Positions 62,185-64,000 of a stretch of 64,000 bases of DNA are shown in pieces. The notes under the pieces were generated by a model, which was not told where the DNA came from, did no database searches, and worked only from the letters and a program-made list of their open reading frames with translations. This stretch comes from Kudoa neothunni (lineage: Eukaryota; Animalia; Cnidaria). How positions within the stretch are numbered: position 1 is the first letter of the stretch; every line of letters starts with the position of its first letter. Made by a program: the position numbers and the translations under genes. Where the stretch lies: contig OZ199840.1 of the NCBI GenBank assembly GCA_964304625.1, positions 4,192,490-4,256,489 on the forward strand, in the 5' to 3' direction.

Positions 62185-63559
62185 TCGCCAAGTGTTTGCT
62201 TAATAAGGTGATAGGTAGGGGTCAAACCAAAATATAAACCCGTACACATGCGTAATACGCCTTCTCGAAGATTGATTATCGTCCGGTTTCTCAGATAGTT
62301 AACACTTTGAAAAATTCACTACAATTTTATGCTAGGATGTTTTAAAAAATTTTTTTACGATTAGAATAGTTTATACAGTCTCGATATCGGAGTGAATCGG
62401 CAAATAAATGATATGACTAGTTAATTCATTGTTTTTTGTTTATACTCATGAAATAATTTAAAGTGATTCTGCTGATGATGCGTTTTAAAATTTGTAACGA
62501 AAAACACGAAATTTACGATGATATGATGAGTCCTATAGGTGGAATAGAAGCATTTAATGTTTTGTTATACCTGCTACTGAGAATTACATGTCCCCTTATT
62601 TGTTCCAGTTATGATTAATTAAATTTGCGATGAATTTTTTTTGAAAGCGAAATTTTGATAAAGTGCATTAATGGAGATAAAAGAAAATATAAAATGTTAA
62701 TTGGCATCGACTCCACAGCTTGCTTTCTTTGACAGATTATCGGTGATAGTTGTTAATCCTTAATAATAAACAATTCCTTTTTGAGCCTCAAAAATTCAAA
62801 AGTAGTGACTTTTTATGTGACTTTTGTTGGCGGCATACAAAAAATATGGTAGTAAAATTGCCGAGTAAATGATTTTAAAATTATTCGATGTACGGATGAT
62901 ATCGGAAAACTGTGATATTCCAAATCTACTATATAATTCTATTAAATGATAATTTGTGGCTTAATTTTAGTGCTACTTTATCGTTTATTTGCATATTTGG
63001 CAGTTATGTGTGTATGTGTGTATGTATAAAATTGTATTGATATGTGAAGTGAAGTATCTAGTTCTTTGGTGGTATATGAGAATGGGGGTTTGTTTTTAAT
63101 AATTTTCTAGTTTAATGTGGAGGTTATTGATGAATTTATAGGGATAATGTATATCGTAATGAATGAAATTTGTTTATTGTTTTGTTTTATTCAAATTTTT
63201 AAGGCGTAAAATATGCAAATTCCTATTCCAAAATAGCTAGTATTGTAGCTAATTTTAAATCTTGATGTTGCTTACAATTACAACCGATAGAAATCCTTAG
63301 TGAACTTTACACGTAAATTAGAGGATTATTCATGTAAGTCATTGCGGGTGTTAAATCTATGAGAGTAAGGGTCTAAAAATGACTGTATTAGAGGGATTAG
63401 AATTTGTTGGAATGAAAGAATGCGTTTATAAGAAATACACGTTGAACGTTACCACTGATTAACTAATGAAAGTAAGAGAAAATAAAAGAATAAAGTGATG
63501 TTTCTAAGATCAAGATTGCATTTGCGTTTATTTTGAGAGATAATTCCCATAAAAATTTG

Positions 63560-63635
63560 CTGATTGCACGAATGGATGGCATTTGGATCGCAACGCGGGG
63601 GGTCACAGGTTCTAGCCCCAGCCTGGTCAACCCAT
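63560..63635 (+). repeat. Possible tRNA-derived SINE head
   Basis: A-box-like TGCACGAATGG and B-box-like GGTTCTAGCCC at Pol III promoter spacing, but no complete cloverleaf. Confidence 0.3.
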
Positions 63636-64000
63636 TATTTCTGTACATCGATTTTCTCTTACTTAATCAAAAAATGGTGAGATTATGATGTTGTTAATTT
63701 ATTAACTTGTTTAGTAATATTATTTTTGTTTATTAACATAGAATAAGAAGAACAGTTTATGTCTATTTATACGTTGGGTAAAAGCGATATTTAGTTTATA
63801 TATGGGTTAATGGATTCACGATTATTAATGGACGTGATGCATGTGCAGTTAGTGTTCATTTTAGTTGAAGAATGAGCTTAGATATTTTTGATTGTATGTG
63901 AGAGGGATATTAGGCAATAAAATCCAACAAACACCGCACAAACAATGCGATCGAAGCATAAAGAGGTAGATTTTGTAAGAGAATTGTTGCTCTTAGACGA

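Noticed and set aside
1-64000. CRISPR arrays, prokaryotic operons, rRNA genes, and the many short antisense ORFs overlapping real exons
   Set aside because: No regularly spaced repeats or rRNA-like sequence were seen, the DNA is intron-containing eukaryotic sequence, and the antisense ORFs are shadows of coding exons.

Overview
AT-rich eukaryotic (animal) genomic DNA with very short GT-AG introns (mostly ~30-60 nt), so the ORF track shows only exon fragments. The compact introns, strongly diverged proteins and transposon-filled spacers fit a reduced invertebrate parasite such as a myxozoan cnidarian; this is inference, and the taxon cannot be fixed from this window. Manual splicing gives 12 protein genes: an orphan type-I surface protein with ~7 four-Cys FN3-like modules, RPL28, a divergent CSL/RBPJ (Notch effector), ERp44, a secreted five-Kunitz protein, DHX37, a class II CPD photolyase with clustered frameshifts, an intronless class A GPCR, an L-galactose-dehydrogenase-like aldo-keto reductase, a Gi/o-type G-alpha, a plant/protist-type FAAH amidase, and a choline/ethanolamine phosphotransferase. 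The spacers hold DNA transposon relics: one full-length piggyBac with TIRs and TTAA TSDs plus several piggyBac relics and MITEs, hAT/Buster relics, and a Tc1/IS630-like relic. Five observations stand out: (1) the CSL keeps its DNA-binding motifs but has Arg at the RAM-pocket position equivalent to mouse A284; (2) the exon-modular 4-Cys FN3-like surface protein; (3) a 1.9-kb hAT element with TIRs and a near-perfect TSD enclosing a spliced membrane-protein gene fragment; (4) a Kunitz array with only one canonical inhibitory domain; (5) homopolymer frameshifts that are either assembly errors or pseudogenisation. All alignments were made by eye from remembered family sequences; no searches were run.
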